Notes under the pieces: model-generated | The model's database searches: none | The model's input: the letters and a program-made list of their open reading frames with translations, nothing else | What the model was told of the DNA's origin: nothing | Part shown: piece by piece, positions 13,046 through 33,931 of the stretch | Layout: the number at the start of each line of letters is the position of its first letter | How positions within the stretch are numbered: the stretch's first letter is position 1 | Source of the DNA: Eledone cirrhosa | Taxonomy: Eukaryota | Length of the DNA: 64,000 nucleotides | Reading direction: 5' to 3' | Assembly: GCA_964016885.1 (NCBI GenBank) | Contig: OZ024754.1 | Coordinates: 23,002,001-23,066,000 of the forward strand | Made by a program: the position numbers and the translations under genes

Positions 13046-15712
13046 GATAATAATGGAGCTGCGGCGTTGCAAATGGGATACATAAGAAAAAGTGAGTCCT
13101 TCATCAGTGACCCTCCAACCGTCCCAGGCATTTCATCGCTTTAAGGGCCATATACCTCAGGTTGGTGCGAACAACGGCTAAAAAAAGTCGTTGGGACACG
13201 TAAATAAAGAGAACGTTAGGGTGAACAAACAAAATGGTTTAAGCAACAGAAAGTGAGAAGAAAGAGACAAGTCCCAGATTTCTATGAATATAAACTCGAT
13301 AAAATCGTGAACTAGAGAATAAAGACCATCAAACCTGGTTGAAATGTGAGCAAGGAAGGAATTTCGCACAGGTCTAACGGGAGGAAGAAGAAGGGGTCTG
13401 GTCTGCGAATTCGGTAAACATAAGTTCTGTGAAGACGCAGACGAGAGAGAGAGAGAAAGAAAATTTCATACCGGCTTGGCCAAGAGTGCGCGAGAAAAGA
13501 AATCGAACAGGTCAAGCGGGAAGAAAGAGGAGAGGAGGAGAGGCAGTGACAGGGTATGAGTGAGTGAAGGTTGAGGAAGAGGCTAACCGAGAGAGAGACT
13601 GCTAGAAAGGGTAAAGAGACAAGGAAAGAAACAGACGGGTGGCAGCAGAGGAAAAAATATATGTGTAAATATGATAATAATGGAGCTGCGACGTTGCAAA
13701 TGGGATACATATGAAAAAGTGAGTCCTTCATCAGTGACCCTCCAACCGTCCAGGCATTTCATCGCTTTAAGGGCCATATACCTCAGGTTGGTGCGAACAA
13801 CGGCTAAAAAAAGTCGTTGGGACACGTAAATAAAGAGAACGTTAGGGTGAACAAACAAAATGGTTTAAGCAACAGAAAGTGAGAAGAAAGAGACAAGTCC
13901 CAGATTTCTATGAATATAAACTCGATAAACCAGATTTCTATGAATATAAACTCGATAAAATCGTGAACTAGAGAATAAAGACCATCAAACCTGGTTGAAA
14001 TGTGAGCAAGGAAGGAATTTCGCACAGGTCTAACGGGGGGAAGAAGAAGGGGTATGGTCTGCGAATTCGGTAAACATAAGTTCTGTGAAGACGCAGACGA
14101 GAGAGAGAGAGAAAAAAAATTTCATGCCGGCTTGGCCAAGAGTGCGCGAGAAAAGAAATCGGACAGGTCAAGCGGGAAGAAAGAGGAGAAGAGGAGAGGC
14201 AGTGACAGGGTATGAGTGAGTGAAGGTTGAGGAAGAGGCTAACAGAGAGAGAGACTGCTAGAAAGGGTAAAGATACAAGGAAAGAAACAGACGGGTGGCA
14301 GCAGAGGAAAAAATATATGTGTAAATATGATAATAATGGAGCTGCGGCGTTGCAAATGGGATACATATGAAAAAGTGAGTCCTTCATCAGTGACCCTCCA
14401 ACCGTCCCAGGCATTTCATCGCTTTAAGGGCCATATACCTCAGGTTGGTGCGAACAACGGCTAAAAAAAGTCGTTGGGACACGTAAATAAAGAGAACGTT
14501 AGGGTGAACAAACAAAATGGTTTTAAGCAACAGAAAGTGAGAAGAAAGAGACAAGTCCCAGATTTCTATGAATATAAACTCGATAAAATCGTGAACTAGA
14601 GAATAAAGACCATCAAACCTGGTTGAAATGTGAGCAAGGAAGGAATTTCGCACAGGTCTAACGGGGGGAAGAAGAAGGGGTCTGGTCTGCGAATTCGGTA
14701 AACATAAGTTCTGTGAAGACGCAGACGAGAGAGAGAGAGAAAAAAAATTTCATACCGGCTTGGCCAAGAGTGCGCGAGAAAAGAAATCGGACAGGTCAAG
14801 CGGGAAGAAAGAGGAGAAGAGGAGAGGCAGTGACAGGGTATGAGTGAGTGAAGGTTGAGGAAGAGGCTAACAGAGAGAGAGACTGCTAGAAAGGGTAAAG
14901 ATACAAGGAAAGAAACAGACGGGTGGCAGCAGAGGAAAAAATATATGTGTAAATATGATAATAATGGAGCTGCGGCGTTGCAAATGGGATACATATGAAA
15001 AAGTGAGTCCTTCATCAGTGACCCTCCAACCGTTCCAGGCATTTCATCGCTTTAAGGGCCATATACCTCAGGTTGGTGCGAACAACGGCTAAAAAAAGTC
15101 GTTGGGACACGTAAATAAAGAGAACGTTAGGGTGAACAAACAAAATGGTTTAAGCAACAGAAAGTGAGAAGAAAGAGACAAGTCCCAGATTTCTATGAAT
15201 ATAAACTCGATAAAATCGTGAACTAGAGAATAAAGACCATCAAACCTGGTTGAAATGTGAGCAAGGAAGGAATTTCGCACAGGTCTAACGGGGGGAAGAA
15301 GAAGGGGTCTGGTCTGTGAATTCGGTAAACATAAGTTCTGTGAAGACGCAGACGAGAGAGAGAGAGAAAGAAAATTTCATACCGGCTTGGCCAAGAGTGC
15401 GCGAGAAAAGAAATCGGACAGGTCAAGCGGGAAGAAAGAGGAGAGGAGGAGAGGCAGTGACAGGGTATGAGTGAGTGAAGGTTGAGGAAGAGGCTAACAG
15501 AGAGAGAGACTGCTAGAAAGGGTAAAGATACAAGGAAAGAAACAGACGGGTGGCAGCAGAGGAAAAAATATATGTGTAAATATGATAATAATGGAGTTGC
15601 GGCGTTGCAAATTGGATACATATGAAAAAGTGAGTCCTTCATCAGTGACCCTCCAACCGTCCCAGGCATTTCATCGCTTTAAGGGCCATATACCTCAGGT
15701 TGGTGAGAACAA
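13046..15712 (-). repeat. Tandem array of a ~627-bp non-coding unit (about 4.2 copies) between (TA)n tracts
   Basis: GATAATAATGGAG(C/T)TGC recurs at about 13046, 13673, 14329, 14957 and 15584. Copies are near-identical. Strand is assigned tentatively. Confidence 0.93.
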
Positions 15713-15744
15713 TATATGGATATATATATATATGAATATATATG

Positions 15745-15781
<37 letters not shown>

Positions 15782-15858
15782 GTATATATATACATATGTA
15801 TATGTATATATATATATATGTATATATGTATATATATATATATATGTATATATATGTA

Positions 15859-15926
<68 letters not shown>

Positions 15927-15930
<4 letters not shown>

Positions 15931-16825
15931 TATGTATATATACGTACATACATATATGTATACAGACGTACAGTAGCATGCATATATATATATACATATA
16001 TATATATATACATACAGGTACACATACATATATGTACGTATCAGTTTAGCGGACGCTTATTATAGCGCCTGCTTTGTTCGTTTGTAAACAAACTGAACAG
16101 CCTGAATTTATGCCGTACGGTGTTAAGGCAACCACGTCACCTTTTTGTTCAACACTGACACAGGAACGATGTACTAGTTTCAAGCTTGTTAGCTATCATC
16201 AGCACCGTATACCCTTCTGCCAGATGGTTGAACGTTCGAAAGTATATACTTTTCTTATGAAAATTAACGGCTGAGCAGCCTAATTTGCATATCGAGTGAG
16301 TTATGTCGGCCAGGCGTCCGCTAAACTGATACGTACATATATGTATGTGTACCTGTATGTATATATATATATATGTATATATATATATGCATGCTACTGT
16401 ACGTCTGTATACATATATGTATGTACGTATACATTCATACTTACATTTAAGTAAGTGCCGTACTAAGAGTGAGAAATGAAATTTCGTTTTCATTTTATTA
16501 CAACTGATCGTTTTCGCTACGCCTGGCCGACATAACTCACTCGATATGCAAATTAGGCTGCTCAGCCGTTAATTTTCATAAGGAAAGTATATACTTTCGA
16601 ACGTTCAACCATCTGGCAGAAGGGTATACGGTGCTGATGATAGCTAACAAGCTTGAAACTAGTACATTGTTCCTGTGTCAGTGTTGAACAAAAAGGTGAC
16701 GTGGTTGCCTTAACACCGTACGGCATAAATTCAGGCTGTTCAGTTTGTTTACAAATGAACAGAGCGGGCGCTATAGTAAGCGTCCGCTAAACTGATACGT
16801 ACATATATGTATGTGTACCTGTATG

Positions 16826-16858
<33 letters not shown>

Positions 16859-17295
16859 GCATGCTACTGTACGTCTGTATACATATATGTATGTACGTAT
16901 ACATACATACTTACATTTAAGTAAGTGCCGTACTAAGAGTGAGAAATGAAATTTCGTTTTCAGTTTATTACAACTGATCGTTTTCGCTACGCCTGGCCGA
17001 CATAACTCACTCGATATGCAAATTAGGCTGCTCAGCCGTTAATTTTCATAAGGAAAGTATAAACTTTCGAACGTTCAACCATCTGGCAGAAGGGTATACG
17101 GTGCTGATGATAGCTAACAAGCTTGAAACTAGTACATCGTTCCTGTGTCAGTGTTGAACAAAAAGGTGACGTGGTTGCCTTAACACCGTACGGCATAAAT
17201 CCAGGCTGTTCAGTTTGTTTACAAACGAACAAAGCGGGCGCTATAATAAGCGTCCGCTAAACTGATACGTACATATATGTATGTGTACCTGTATG

Positions 17296-17328
<33 letters not shown>

Positions 17329-17446
17329 GCATGCTACTGTACGTCTGTATACATATATGTATGTACGTATACATACATACTTACATTTAAGTAAGTGCCG
17401 TACTCAGAGTGAGAAACGAAACTTCGTTTTCATTTTATTACAACTA
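15927..17446. mobile_element. Retrozyme-like array (family D, ~470-bp unit): one minus partial copy then about 2.4 plus copies
   Basis: HHRs at 16166-16208(-), 16628-16670(+) and 17098-17140(+). Inversion point at about 16313. The right end CAACTA runs into (TA)n. Confidence 0.9.
17098..17140 (+). ncRNA. Minimal type I hammerhead (family D). Further copies at 16166-16208(-), 16628-16670(+), 24695-24737(-, core mutated), 25245-25287(-, core mutated), 28925-28967(-), 29230-29272(+), 29750-29792(+), 30235-30277(+)
   Basis: ACGGTG CTGATGA t AGCT aaca AGCT t GAAA CTAG TA CATCGT. Confidence 0.92.
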
Positions 17447-17521
17447 TATATATATGTATATATGTATATGTATATATATATATGTATATATATGTATATA
17501 TATATATGTATATATATGTAT

Positions 17522-17563
<42 letters not shown>

Positions 17564-17779
17564 ATGTATGTATATATATGTATATATATATGTATATATA
17601 TATATGTATGTATATATATATATATGTATATATATATGTATATATATATGTATATATATGTATATATGTATGTATATATATATGTATATATATATGTATG
17701 TATAACTTTGAAATGTTTTGGCCAGTATTGACCCAGGCCATGTCTAACTTAATAGCACCACCTGGCGAAGTCTTTCAAT

Positions 17780-20700
17780 TCAGGATTTGGGCACCATGGC
17801 CCATTCGAGAAGAGAATTACTGTTTGCGGAGACATATCCGGGTTTGGGTGGTTTGTCCGGGATTACTTGGAGGAATTTGTCCAAAGACTTCTTGAATTTT
17901 GTGTGGTCAGTTTCTGTTTTGACGTGTCCTGGTGTGATGTTGAAGAGAGCAGGGCCGATTGAGGTGAAATAATTGTGCCGTATTGTTGTTATGAGTTGCG
18001 ATTTAGATTTTTGAATGGGACGGATAGCACGGGGCCCAAGCCTTGGGTGTATCTTGAAGGCGATGCCAACATCATTTGGGCAGTGATGATGGAACATTTT
18101 CCACATCATGCAGATAATATAACGCTCACGGCGACGTTCGAGTGAGTAAAGTTTCAGGTTTTCTAATCGACCCCAGTAGTCAAGGTCTGACATGCCATCT
18201 ATCTTTTTCGTGATTGCTCTTTGAGGAGCTTCAAGTTTCATGATACTTTGTTTCGTGTGGGGAGACCACAGTGGACAACAGTATTCAAGGTGTGGTCGGG
18301 CAAAAGTAGAGAAGAGAAGGATAATGGTGCGGGAATGTCTCGACTGGAAGGTTCTGAGGATTCAGGAACACATTCTGCGGGCCATGTCAACTTTGCTGCT
18401 TATATGCGTGGTCCAGCTTATGTTGCTGTCCACGGTTACTCCCAAGTCTCTGATGTTGTTAGATGCCACGAGAGTTTCCCCGGAGGGAAGGGAGTACGGG
18501 AGTTTCAGAGCATCCTCTTTTCCAAAGTGGATCAGTTCGAATTTGTCTTCGTTCAGTAACATGTTGTTCTTTTCTGCCCATTGGGTAACAGCCAGTAAGT
18601 CTGACTGAAGGCTTATCCGGTCATCCACGCCATTGATGACCTTTTGGAGCTTGGAATCATCAGCGAAAATTTTAATGTTGCTGTGTTTGATGATGTCAGT
18701 GATGTCATTAATATAGATGATGAAGAGAAGTGGGCCCAACACAGTGCCTTGTGGGACCCCACTACTGACTTTGTCTGGACTTGATTTGACTCCCTCAACT
18801 ACAACATGTTGGGTTCTGTTTGACAGGAAGCTCTTGATCCACTGCAGCAGCTTTCCAGTGACACCAATATTGGACAGCTTTCTCAGTAGAATGTTATGAT
18901 CAACCCTGTCAAAGGCCTTGCTGAAATCAAGGTAGATAACATCAGTGTTGGAACCCTCTCCCAAGGCTCTCAAAATGTCATCAAAGTGATGCAGTAGCTG
19001 CGTCAGGCAATCCCTTCCATTACGGAATCCATGCTGGTTGGAGTTCAGCATATTGTTACTCTCAAGGAAGTGGGTCATTCGCGATCTCACCACTCTCTCA
19101 AATACCTTAATGATATGAGAGGTGAGTGAGATTGGACGGTAATTCACGGCAAGGGATTTGTTTCCCTTTTTGAAAACTGGGACAACAGACTGGGATAGAA
19201 GGTTTTCTGGCACATATCCAGCATCCAGTGAGTTCCGCCACAGATTGGCAAGAGGAGATGCAAGTTGGTGTTGACACGCCTTCAAGACACAAGCAGGGAA
19301 CCTATCGGGACCTACTGCTGAATTATGCTTGATTTCCTTTATTGCCGCCAAACGTTATGTCCGATAAGGTGTAATGGGGAGTAACATCGCCGATACAGCC
19401 CAGATCGGCCATATCAGGATTGCTGAAAACAGAGCAGTATTGTTTCTGCAGTATCTCACCCATGGTTTTAGCATTGTCTTGAAGAGTGCCATTTTCATCA
19501 ATTAGAGGGCCAACAGTAGAGCCAGTGATTTTGTGTTTTTTTGCAAATGAAAAGAACACTTTGGGATTGAGTTTGATCTTCTCAATGGCCCAGGCCTCTT
19601 CAGCTCTTCTCTGATTGTTGATGAGGGACATTATGTTGTTTTGGAGGTTATGTTTTTTAATCTCTAGTGATGAAATGGCAGTCAAGTTGATGTGTTGCTG
19701 CTGACAGTATTTCAGCTTGTTGATTTTTTTGTTCGTTCTCTTAATTTTTCTGATGAGCGTTTTTCTATTTCTAGGGATTCTGCTCTTAGATTTGTTTATA
19801 GTTCTTAATGGGGTGTGTTTAGCACATATGTTTGTAACAGTGTCCACAAATGTCTGCCAGGACTTTTTGATGTTAGTGGGTGTATGAGTGTGCGTGAAGG
19901 ACCAGTCGACATGTGCAAGATCATGACTGATCGCTTCCCAGTTTGCATTGTGGAAATCCATAGCGTCAAACGGATGGACAGGAGAGATGACATTGGGTTT
20001 ATATATTGGACGGTGGAATCTCAGATCACAGAGAACCATGTCATGATCAGAGAGTAGAGTTTTCTCCACTGCAATATTGTGGATATTGTCAGTGTGATTG
20101 CTCAAAATTAAGTCTAGGACGTTTTTGTGGCACCTCGTTGGTTCGAGCACCAGTTGGGATAGGAAGAAATCATCCATGAAGTCAAGAAGCGATTCCACAG
20201 CTTCCCTGTCAGAGGTTGAGGCAGAAGAACCTGGTGGCAGGCTGTTTGTGGACCAGTCAACTCCGGGGAGGTTGAAGTCCCCCATCATTAAGATGTCAGG
20301 ATGACACTCTTGGATGAAACACTTTATGCTGTTGAGGCATTCCTTGAAGCATGGTACAGGCGTTTGGGGTGGCCTATAGAGCCCAACTACTAATAGGTTG
20401 TTGGTTTGACTGAATACAGTGACTGCTTCACAGTATCCATTAGTGAATATGTTCATAGCCTCTGTTGAGAAAGAATTATGGACATAAATGGTAATTCCGC
20501 CCTTTCTTCTGCCAGCGCGATCAGCACGGATGGCTTTGAAATTTTTCACTTTCACCTCGGCTTCCAAGTGGAGGTTACTGAGATGGGTTTCAGTGAGGAC
20601 GAAGAAAGGGATGTGGTTTGGATGGACATCAATCCAGTCCTCCAGGAATTTGATCTTCCATTTTTGAGTATTGGTGGAAGGGCTGATGCCTTGGGCGTTA

Positions 20701-20780
20701 AGCAAAAATGTAGAGGCGAGAGTGGATGGTTTTAATTGTTTTGGTGTGTTGTTAATTTGTTTGTTTGTTAATGGCAGCAA
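17780..20780 (-). pseudogene. LINE ORF2 (APE endonuclease + RT) with a frameshift near 19340 and a nonsense TGA at 18362-18364
   Basis: Contains [51 protein letters not shown] and LYSLERRRERY. The 61-kb copy has TGG where this copy has the stop. Confidence 0.92.
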
Positions 20781-21919
20781 TGGGAGTTTGTGCAGTGGGG
20801 TGATAGTGGAGGGTGGTGCTGGGTGATAGCTCGAATGTTTTTTTCCAGTTCTTTTGCCAGATTCATTATGGCTAAAAAAGAGGAAGAAGTTTCCTGTTTA
20901 GAAGACTGTTGGTGACTGTGGTAGTGGTTATTTTTATGTAGGTTATGGTTTTTGTTTTTGCTTTTATTTTTAATTTTATTTTCATTTGTCCGACGGGTCC
21001 CCGGGAGATGGGTAAAGGGACAATCCCGGTCTAAACACAATCTGTCTCGCAGGGAAAAGCGGCAGATTTGTGGATTCCTTGTTTGAGTTATTGGTGGTTG
21101 TGTTGGTGTTAAATTAGAGTATGTATTATGGTGGTGGCTGTTTGTGGGGATAGATCGTTTTGTCCTAGGTAAATGGGTGAATTTGCAGCCACTATCCGTA
21201 CATATTCTATAGCGTAGAGAGTAGCGGCAAATGATGGGGTTTCGAGTGGGTGGGTATGTGGGTGTGTGTGTTGTGAGAGGTGTAGATGATGGTTTGGGTA
21301 GGATTTGACGACCTTTGTGGACTGTGGGAGGGAGAGTTCTTGTTCTGGTATTAGAAGGTAAATTCCTTGACATAGCAGTAGACAAAAATGTTGTAGTAGT
21401 AGTAGTAGTAGTAGGCAGAGATGTTGGCAGTGGTGATGATTGGACTGCTGGGCCAGAGAAAGGATGTGGCGTTTCATGCTGTGAGACAGAGGCTACTGGG
21501 GGGTCAATAGTTTCATTTAGTAGATCGGCCATTGTTGATGAATCAAGGAGTGGTTCACACTGTTGTTGTCGTTGTTGTTGTTGTTGCTGTTGTTGATGTT
21601 GTTGTTGTAGCTGTTGTTGTTGTTGCCGTTGTAGCTGCTGTTGTTGTTGTTGCTGCTGCTGGATAGCATTCGAAGAAAAAACACACCGTAGTTTATCCAA
21701 ATGTTTATTGATTAATTTAAAAGCAATTTCGATTTGCTTTAATTTATTTTGAATCTGTTGTTCAGATCGAGTTTTCAAAAATTGAACTGTACGTTTAGCA
21801 ATGTCGTTCAGAGATGAAGCATCTATGTCTTCTGTTTGGGTAAGGCAATGCCATGTGTTTATTAGAATGTCGATTTCATTATCAGACCAGTTCTGTTTGG
21901 ATTTTTGCTGGTTAGCCAT
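20768..21919 (-). CDS. LINE ORF1 (383 aa): Myb/SANT-like N-terminus, poly-Q and two CCCH-type zinc fingers
   Basis: [13 protein letters not shown]...[10 protein letters not shown]; [19 protein letters not shown] and [19 protein letters not shown]. Lies directly upstream of and overlapping ORF2. Confidence 0.8.
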   Translation of the reverse strand: MANQQKSKQNWSDNEIDILINTWHCLTQTEDIDASSLNDIAKRTVQFLKTRSEQQIQNKLKQIEIAFKLINKHLDKLRCVFSSNAIQQQQQQQQQLQRQQQQQLQQQHQQQQQQQQRQQQCEPLLDSSTMADLLNETIDPPVASVSQHETPHPFSGPAVQSSPLPTSLPTTTTTTTTFLSTAMSRNLPSNTRTRTLPPTVHKGRQILPKPSSTPLTTHTPTYPPTRNPIICRYSLRYRICTDSGCKFTHLPRTKRSIPTNSHHHNTYSNLTPTQPPITQTRNPQICRFSLRDRLCLDRDCPFTHLPGTRRTNENKIKNKSKNKNHNLHKNNHYHSHQQSSKQETSSSFLAIMNLAKELEKNIRAITQHHPPLSPHCTNSHCCH

Positions 21920-22255
21920 TCTAGTTTTATATATATATGTATATACGTATGTATATATATATGTATATATGTATGTATATAAATATGTATATATGTATAT
22001 ATATATGTATATATATATGTATATATGTATGTATATATATGTATATATATATATGTTTATATATGTGTATATATATGTTTATATATGTGTATATATATGT
22101 ATATATGTTTATATATGTTTATATATGTGTATATATATATGTTTATATATGTATATATATATGTTTATATATGTATATATATATGTATATATATGTATAT
22201 ATATATGTATATATATGTATATATATATGTATATATATATATGTATATATATGTC

Positions 22256-22286
<31 letters not shown>

Positions 22287-22330
22287 GTATATATATGTAT
22301 ATGTATATATATATATGTATGTATGAATGT

Positions 22331-22386
<56 letters not shown>

Positions 22387-22487
22387 ATGTATATATGTAT
22401 GTATATGTATATATGTATATGTATATATATATGTATGTATATGTATATATATATATGTATGTATATGTGTATATATATATGTATATG

Positions 22488-22540
<53 letters not shown>

Positions 22541-22543
<3 letters not shown>

Positions 22544-22886
22544 TACAATAACAGAGATAGTTTAAAACTAATCTCTGACTGGTAACCATCTCACTCAACA
22601 AACATTAGGTTATATTTTAATATAAACCCAATTTAAGTGTTTGGGTGCTAACAATATGTATTATGTGGAAAAGCCAGTTGTATTATTTTATGAGATATAA
22701 TTAAAGTTAAAATATATCTCTCTTTCCAAACAATTGTTTCATTATAAGTTTTCTACAAATTCGGAGAATATTTCCAGCTTATGTAGAAGCCTAATATACA
22801 TTCATGTAAGAATATATTTAGGTGGGTGCTTATAAATCATCAGTGGAAGCCCATTAAACTTTGATATAAGAAAAACATTTCTTACC
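22541..22886 (-). mobile_element. Solo terminal fragment of family E with HHR at 22724-22848
   Basis: Homologous to 34657-35004. Core CTGATGA...GAAA CAATTG TT with stem I TTCCA/TGGAA. Confidence 0.85.
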
Positions 22887-23030
<144 letters not shown>

Positions 23031-23080
23031 GTGTATGTATATGTATATATATATATATGTATATATATATGTATATATGT

Positions 23081-24273
23081 ATACAAATTTTTAGTCCCAT
23101 AAAAACGGCTGTTATTTCTAGCAGCAGGAGTATAGGTCTAGCTAGGCGCTGAAAAACCATGTGCGTTAACACTTGCTTATCAGTCCTCCTAAGTATTTTG
23201 AGGTGAAACATACCAATTTTTCTGGATACCTGCCGAAGAGCACAGAAATTGAATTTTTCACGTTTTCACTTATCGTTGCGAAACTTATTTCAATGTTGTT
23301 TATTATACATTATATAATACTAGTTACTCATTCTATATCACTCCTATTTATCACTTCCCTTTCTTTCTTTTTTCCTTTTTTCTTTTCTTTTTTTCTTTTT
23401 CTTTTAATTTCTAACCCCTAATCTGTACCTTTTCTTCCAGGATACTTCTCAATTATCATTGTGCCTAACGTAGAAACAATTATTACTCAGCACAATATAT
23501 TCTTACTTTATATCACCTTGAAAAAAATTCTTCGTAAACATAAACATTTTTTTGACGTTAGATTATTCATCCTCAATTCATTATTTTTTTCTCCCTTTCA
23601 TGCTCATCTAACTTATACATATTACACTTATTCATCCACTCTTCTACTTCTTTCACAATATATCCTTAATTACATTACTATTGCTATATTTTTATATATT
23701 TTTTAATAATACACATCAACAATTTCTTTCCATCGCACATATTATTAAACCATTAAATATTATTCTTAATACATATTAACAATTTCTTTTCATCGCACAT
23801 ATTATTAAACCCTTAAATATACAAACCTTAATTTAACATTATTCTAAATTTTTCTCTTCGTTAATTTTCAAATTCTTTTAATTTATATATTATCTTGCAA
23901 CGGTTTTTCAACCTCTCTATGTAAAACAATATATTTTTCTCAGTTATAAAAGCTATCTCTCTCTCTCTATCACCCATCTCTCCTCCTATCTCATCCTTCC
24001 TCATTATACTCCTCCCCCTCCTCTTTTTACTCTCATCTCCTCCTCTTTTTCATCCTTTCCACCCCCCTCAATTCTCTCCCAATATCACACATCAATCTAA
24101 AACCAATTTTCATATGTTGATTTAAAACTGCACTATTCACAAGTGTGTTTTAACCTTCATATCATGTCTCCCTATTTTATCTGACGAAAACACAGATGTT
24201 ATTGCATGATGATATTTGTTTTTGAAATGCGCATAATAAAATACATGGAACTCTTTTAACCATCTTTTGATCT

Positions 24274-24274
<1 letters not shown>
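23081..24274 (+). mobile_element. PLE-type 3' UTR/pLTR fragment (family F)
   Basis: Pyrimidine-rich non-coding stretch ending about 30 bp after an HHR, in (TA)n. Confidence 0.6.
24173..24243 (+). ncRNA. Type I hammerhead ribozyme (family F)
   Basis: TATTTTAT CTGACGA AAACACAGATGTTATT gcat GATGATATTTGTTTTT GAAA TGCGCA TA ATAAAATA. Confidence 0.88.
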
Positions 24275-30746
<6,472 letters not shown>

Positions 30747-30840
30747 GTGTATATATATATGTATATATATATATAACTATATGTATATATATATAACTAT
30801 ATGTATATATATATATGTATATATATATATGCATATATAT

Positions 30841-31328
30841 AAGAATTAAAATACTAGAGTGTGTTGGAGTTAAACACCCTCTTCATATTATAGAAATGAC
30901 AGTATAAGATATAGCACAATGTAATTAATCAGAGCCGAAGAATTAAAAAAACATAAACCAAAGAAGCCTTCAATACATCAAAAGTCTTTATTAGCCAACA
31001 ATGTTTCGTCCTATTAAGGACTCATCAGGGCAAGTAAAGCTACAAGAAGCACTATCGGCCAATACAAGCCAAAAACTCAGAAGAATATGGAGTATACATC
31101 TATTAAAGCTTAGGAAAGATATTAAGGAAAAGTTGGCTAAGATTAAGAGTGAGCAGTTACAAACATAGATATGGACCAAATAGCAAGGAAGTGATTAACA
31201 TGTTAAACCCACATTGCAAATATTATATAAGGCAAAAATTTGAAACACAAATGGTAATATAATGCGAGAATTACAGTACGATATAGAATATAATATAATA
31301 TAATAGATGGTGATAATAAAAAGCTTAA

Positions 31329-31399
<71 letters not shown>

Positions 31400-33931
31400 T
31401 AGTACAAACACAAACTAACACTTATTAAGTATTTAAATATATATATATATATTGTTTACAGTATAATATAATAAGGATAAAAATAAGAATAAAGATAAAA
31501 ATAAAAATAAAATATAATATATAATTCCCTGTCAGTGTGCATAAACAATATAGAAATAACATTATAATAACAATATTATAATATATTGCCATCAAAAGAT
31601 ATACAAAATTACATCATATATATAATTCAAGGTTAACAAATAGTATAAAGTTTTAAACAGGGTAAGAAAAAATCATATAGAACTAAATAGTGTTGAAAAA
31701 ATTGTGTTGAAAAAATATCTATACTATTGTAACAAATACACGGAGGTCAAGTCATTATACATTGGCATACATATTACCAAAATATCACAAAATATTACAA
31801 AATATATTTACGTGGTTGACATACAGACATATATTAATGAAATTACATGGTCAGACAAACAGCGTGTGGTAGTAAAATAATAAATAAAGTAAACCGAAGA
31901 TCGAAAAACAAAAACAAGTATATTTACTTAGGTGTCACAAGCGGTTAAGTAAAAGAAAAAAGATAGAAATGTAGACCAGAGAGTTGACTAGAAAACCTTT
32001 TAAAATTAATTAATATTAAAAGTATTTAAAATACATATTTAGTCACTTCAAAATTAGCTAGCGTTTAAGTCATCAAAACCTTATAAGTTTAAGATATCTC
32101 AATAAAATTATCAAGAATAGAGTAAAATTTGCTTAGTTCAGTCGAATAACGTTATCAAATAAAAGGACTCTAAATAGAACTATGGTAGACCAATGGGAAC
32201 AGAAAGAAGAGAGGTTATGGAGGATAGGAAGGAGCATAAAAGTAAATTCATATATTATATAATATCATAAAAGGAGCATAAAGGTGAAATTTATATATAT
32301 AGAAGGGGCGGATATTAAGTGTGTAGAGGAGGAGGTACATTAGTTGAATGAGACTCCAACCAAAGTATTTAATAAGATATAAACCCATAAGGTGTTAGTA
32401 GTGAAACTATAATAATGCTTAAGACGATAGATAGGGTATGGTAGCCAAAAGACTATGGAAACTAAAATCGAAAAGTTGTAAAAAAACTAATAATAATAAA
32501 GATGATGGTAATCAAAATGAACCTAAACAAAAAAGATAAGGAAATATAGCAGCTAATGGATACGATTTAAACTACCAGGACTTTTAGGTCTATAATAGAA
32601 GAAAGAATTAGAAATGGCATGGGGGCAGAAAGAAAATATCTCAGACTTTCTATTAAGCAAAACTTTCCTAGAGAAAATTATAGAGTGGGTCTCTAGGATA
32701 CAGAGATTACAGAATTTAGTGTGTGTTGATAGGTTATTAGAGCGTGCTACTATACGCCAATTAAGGCTATATGGCATGCCTGCCCCTTTAAGATCCCAGA
32801 TATGGTGTGCTAAAGAAGTAGAGTTCTTAAACTTAACATGCTTAAAATTAGAGATATAAGAATTAAACCTAGTTTTAAAAGTATTTGATGTGGAGCCTAT
32901 ATATGTGCTATTAGAAGAATCAGTCTTAACTTCACAAGCATAAACAATATTCCTAGAGAGGCAGTGACCATTTAAAGGGCAGTTAATACTTACTCTACAG
33001 TTACACTTCCTGGTGCTATTTACCGGCTGAATAAGTGATGCATCATTTCTAGGGTTATTATAAGATAAAGTCTGCTCAGGTGGTAAGGCATTAATGGATC
33101 TATCAAGATTAGTAGTACGCAAAGAGGAGTAGCTGTCCCTAATTTTCTTATTGTTAGTGCTAGCTAAATGAGAACTAATATTAGGGATGGTAGAGAATGA
33201 TAGTTTAATTACATTTTTATTAAAAATACCATGGTATTTATTAGTAGGAGGGAAATTTTTCTCTAAGATAGAAAAGAAAGACCTAGGGATGTTAGTTAAT
33301 ACTTCATGATCATAAGGCGGGTTAAAATAAGTATTGAGTATCCTCCTATTTCTATTCTTACGAACTCTACCGTTATCCAGTATCCCACTAATAGGATCAG
33401 GGTTACTGTGAGGACTAGTTGAAACAACATTATTAGAAGAAGCCAAAACCCCATTGAGTCTCCTTCTGTTTCTACCTTTAGTATATCTACTGTTATCTGG
33501 AATCATATCAATAAGATTAGGGCTACTACCAGGATCAGTTGAAACAACACTATTAGAATTAGTAAAAACATTACCACTGGGTGAGCGATCAGAGTGCCTA
33601 ACTTGCTCCCTAGAACTAATCCCGAAAAGTGTACCATTAGACTCACTATTACGATTACGGTAGCTTAACCTATGGATGGGTTCGGATACACCTATGGGAT
33701 TTCTACGATTCTTATGCTTTCTACTCCCATTCATGGCCATATTATGAGAAATTACGTTATTATTATTATGGGTAAACGGAGACTTTCTAAGGTTGTTCTC
33801 ATTATAACGTATTTTACCAGAGTAACCAGAGTTAGCTAGGGCATTATTATAGTACTCTGCATGTGAATTAAATATTCCTATATCCTTAGAGAGTGTGGAA
33901 ATTCTATTAGATACACCGTTAATTATAGAGC
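30841..33931 (-). mobile_element. 5'-truncated PLE (Naiad-type): thumb/linker/GIY-YIG coding part 32553-33931, 1.7-kb 3' UTR and HHR
   Basis: YFNPPY, CNCRVSINCPLNGHC, IVYAC...TYIG and CNLC. The terminus TTTAATTCTT runs into (TA)n. The first ~20 codons of the called ORF come from the neighbouring repeat. Confidence 0.92.
30994..31031 (-). ncRNA. Minimal type I hammerhead (family G); second copy at 46840-46877(+)
   Basis: GCC CTGATGA GTCC ttaata GGAC GAAA CATTG TT GGC. Confidence 0.9.

Larger units (their letters stand above)
17704..21928 (-). mobile_element. Near full-length CR1-group LINE (ORF1 plus disrupted APE-RT ORF2)
   Basis: Two ORFs are present. The 3' end TTCAAAGTTA is shared with the copy at 60917-61810. 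Confidence 0.92.

Noticed and set aside
13178-15669. Repeated 63-aa and 139-148-aa ORFs in the 627-bp unit
   Set aside because: Low-complexity translation of a pyrimidine-rich strand, disrupted differently between copies. Recurrence only reflects tandem duplication.
18362-18364. In-frame TGA in LINE ORF2 as recoding
   Set aside because: The sister copy at 61.6 kb has TGG (Trp), so this is a simple nonsense mutation.
23229-23298. Possible HHR CCGAAGA GCA...TGC GAAA
   Set aside because: No stem I partner or credible stem III.
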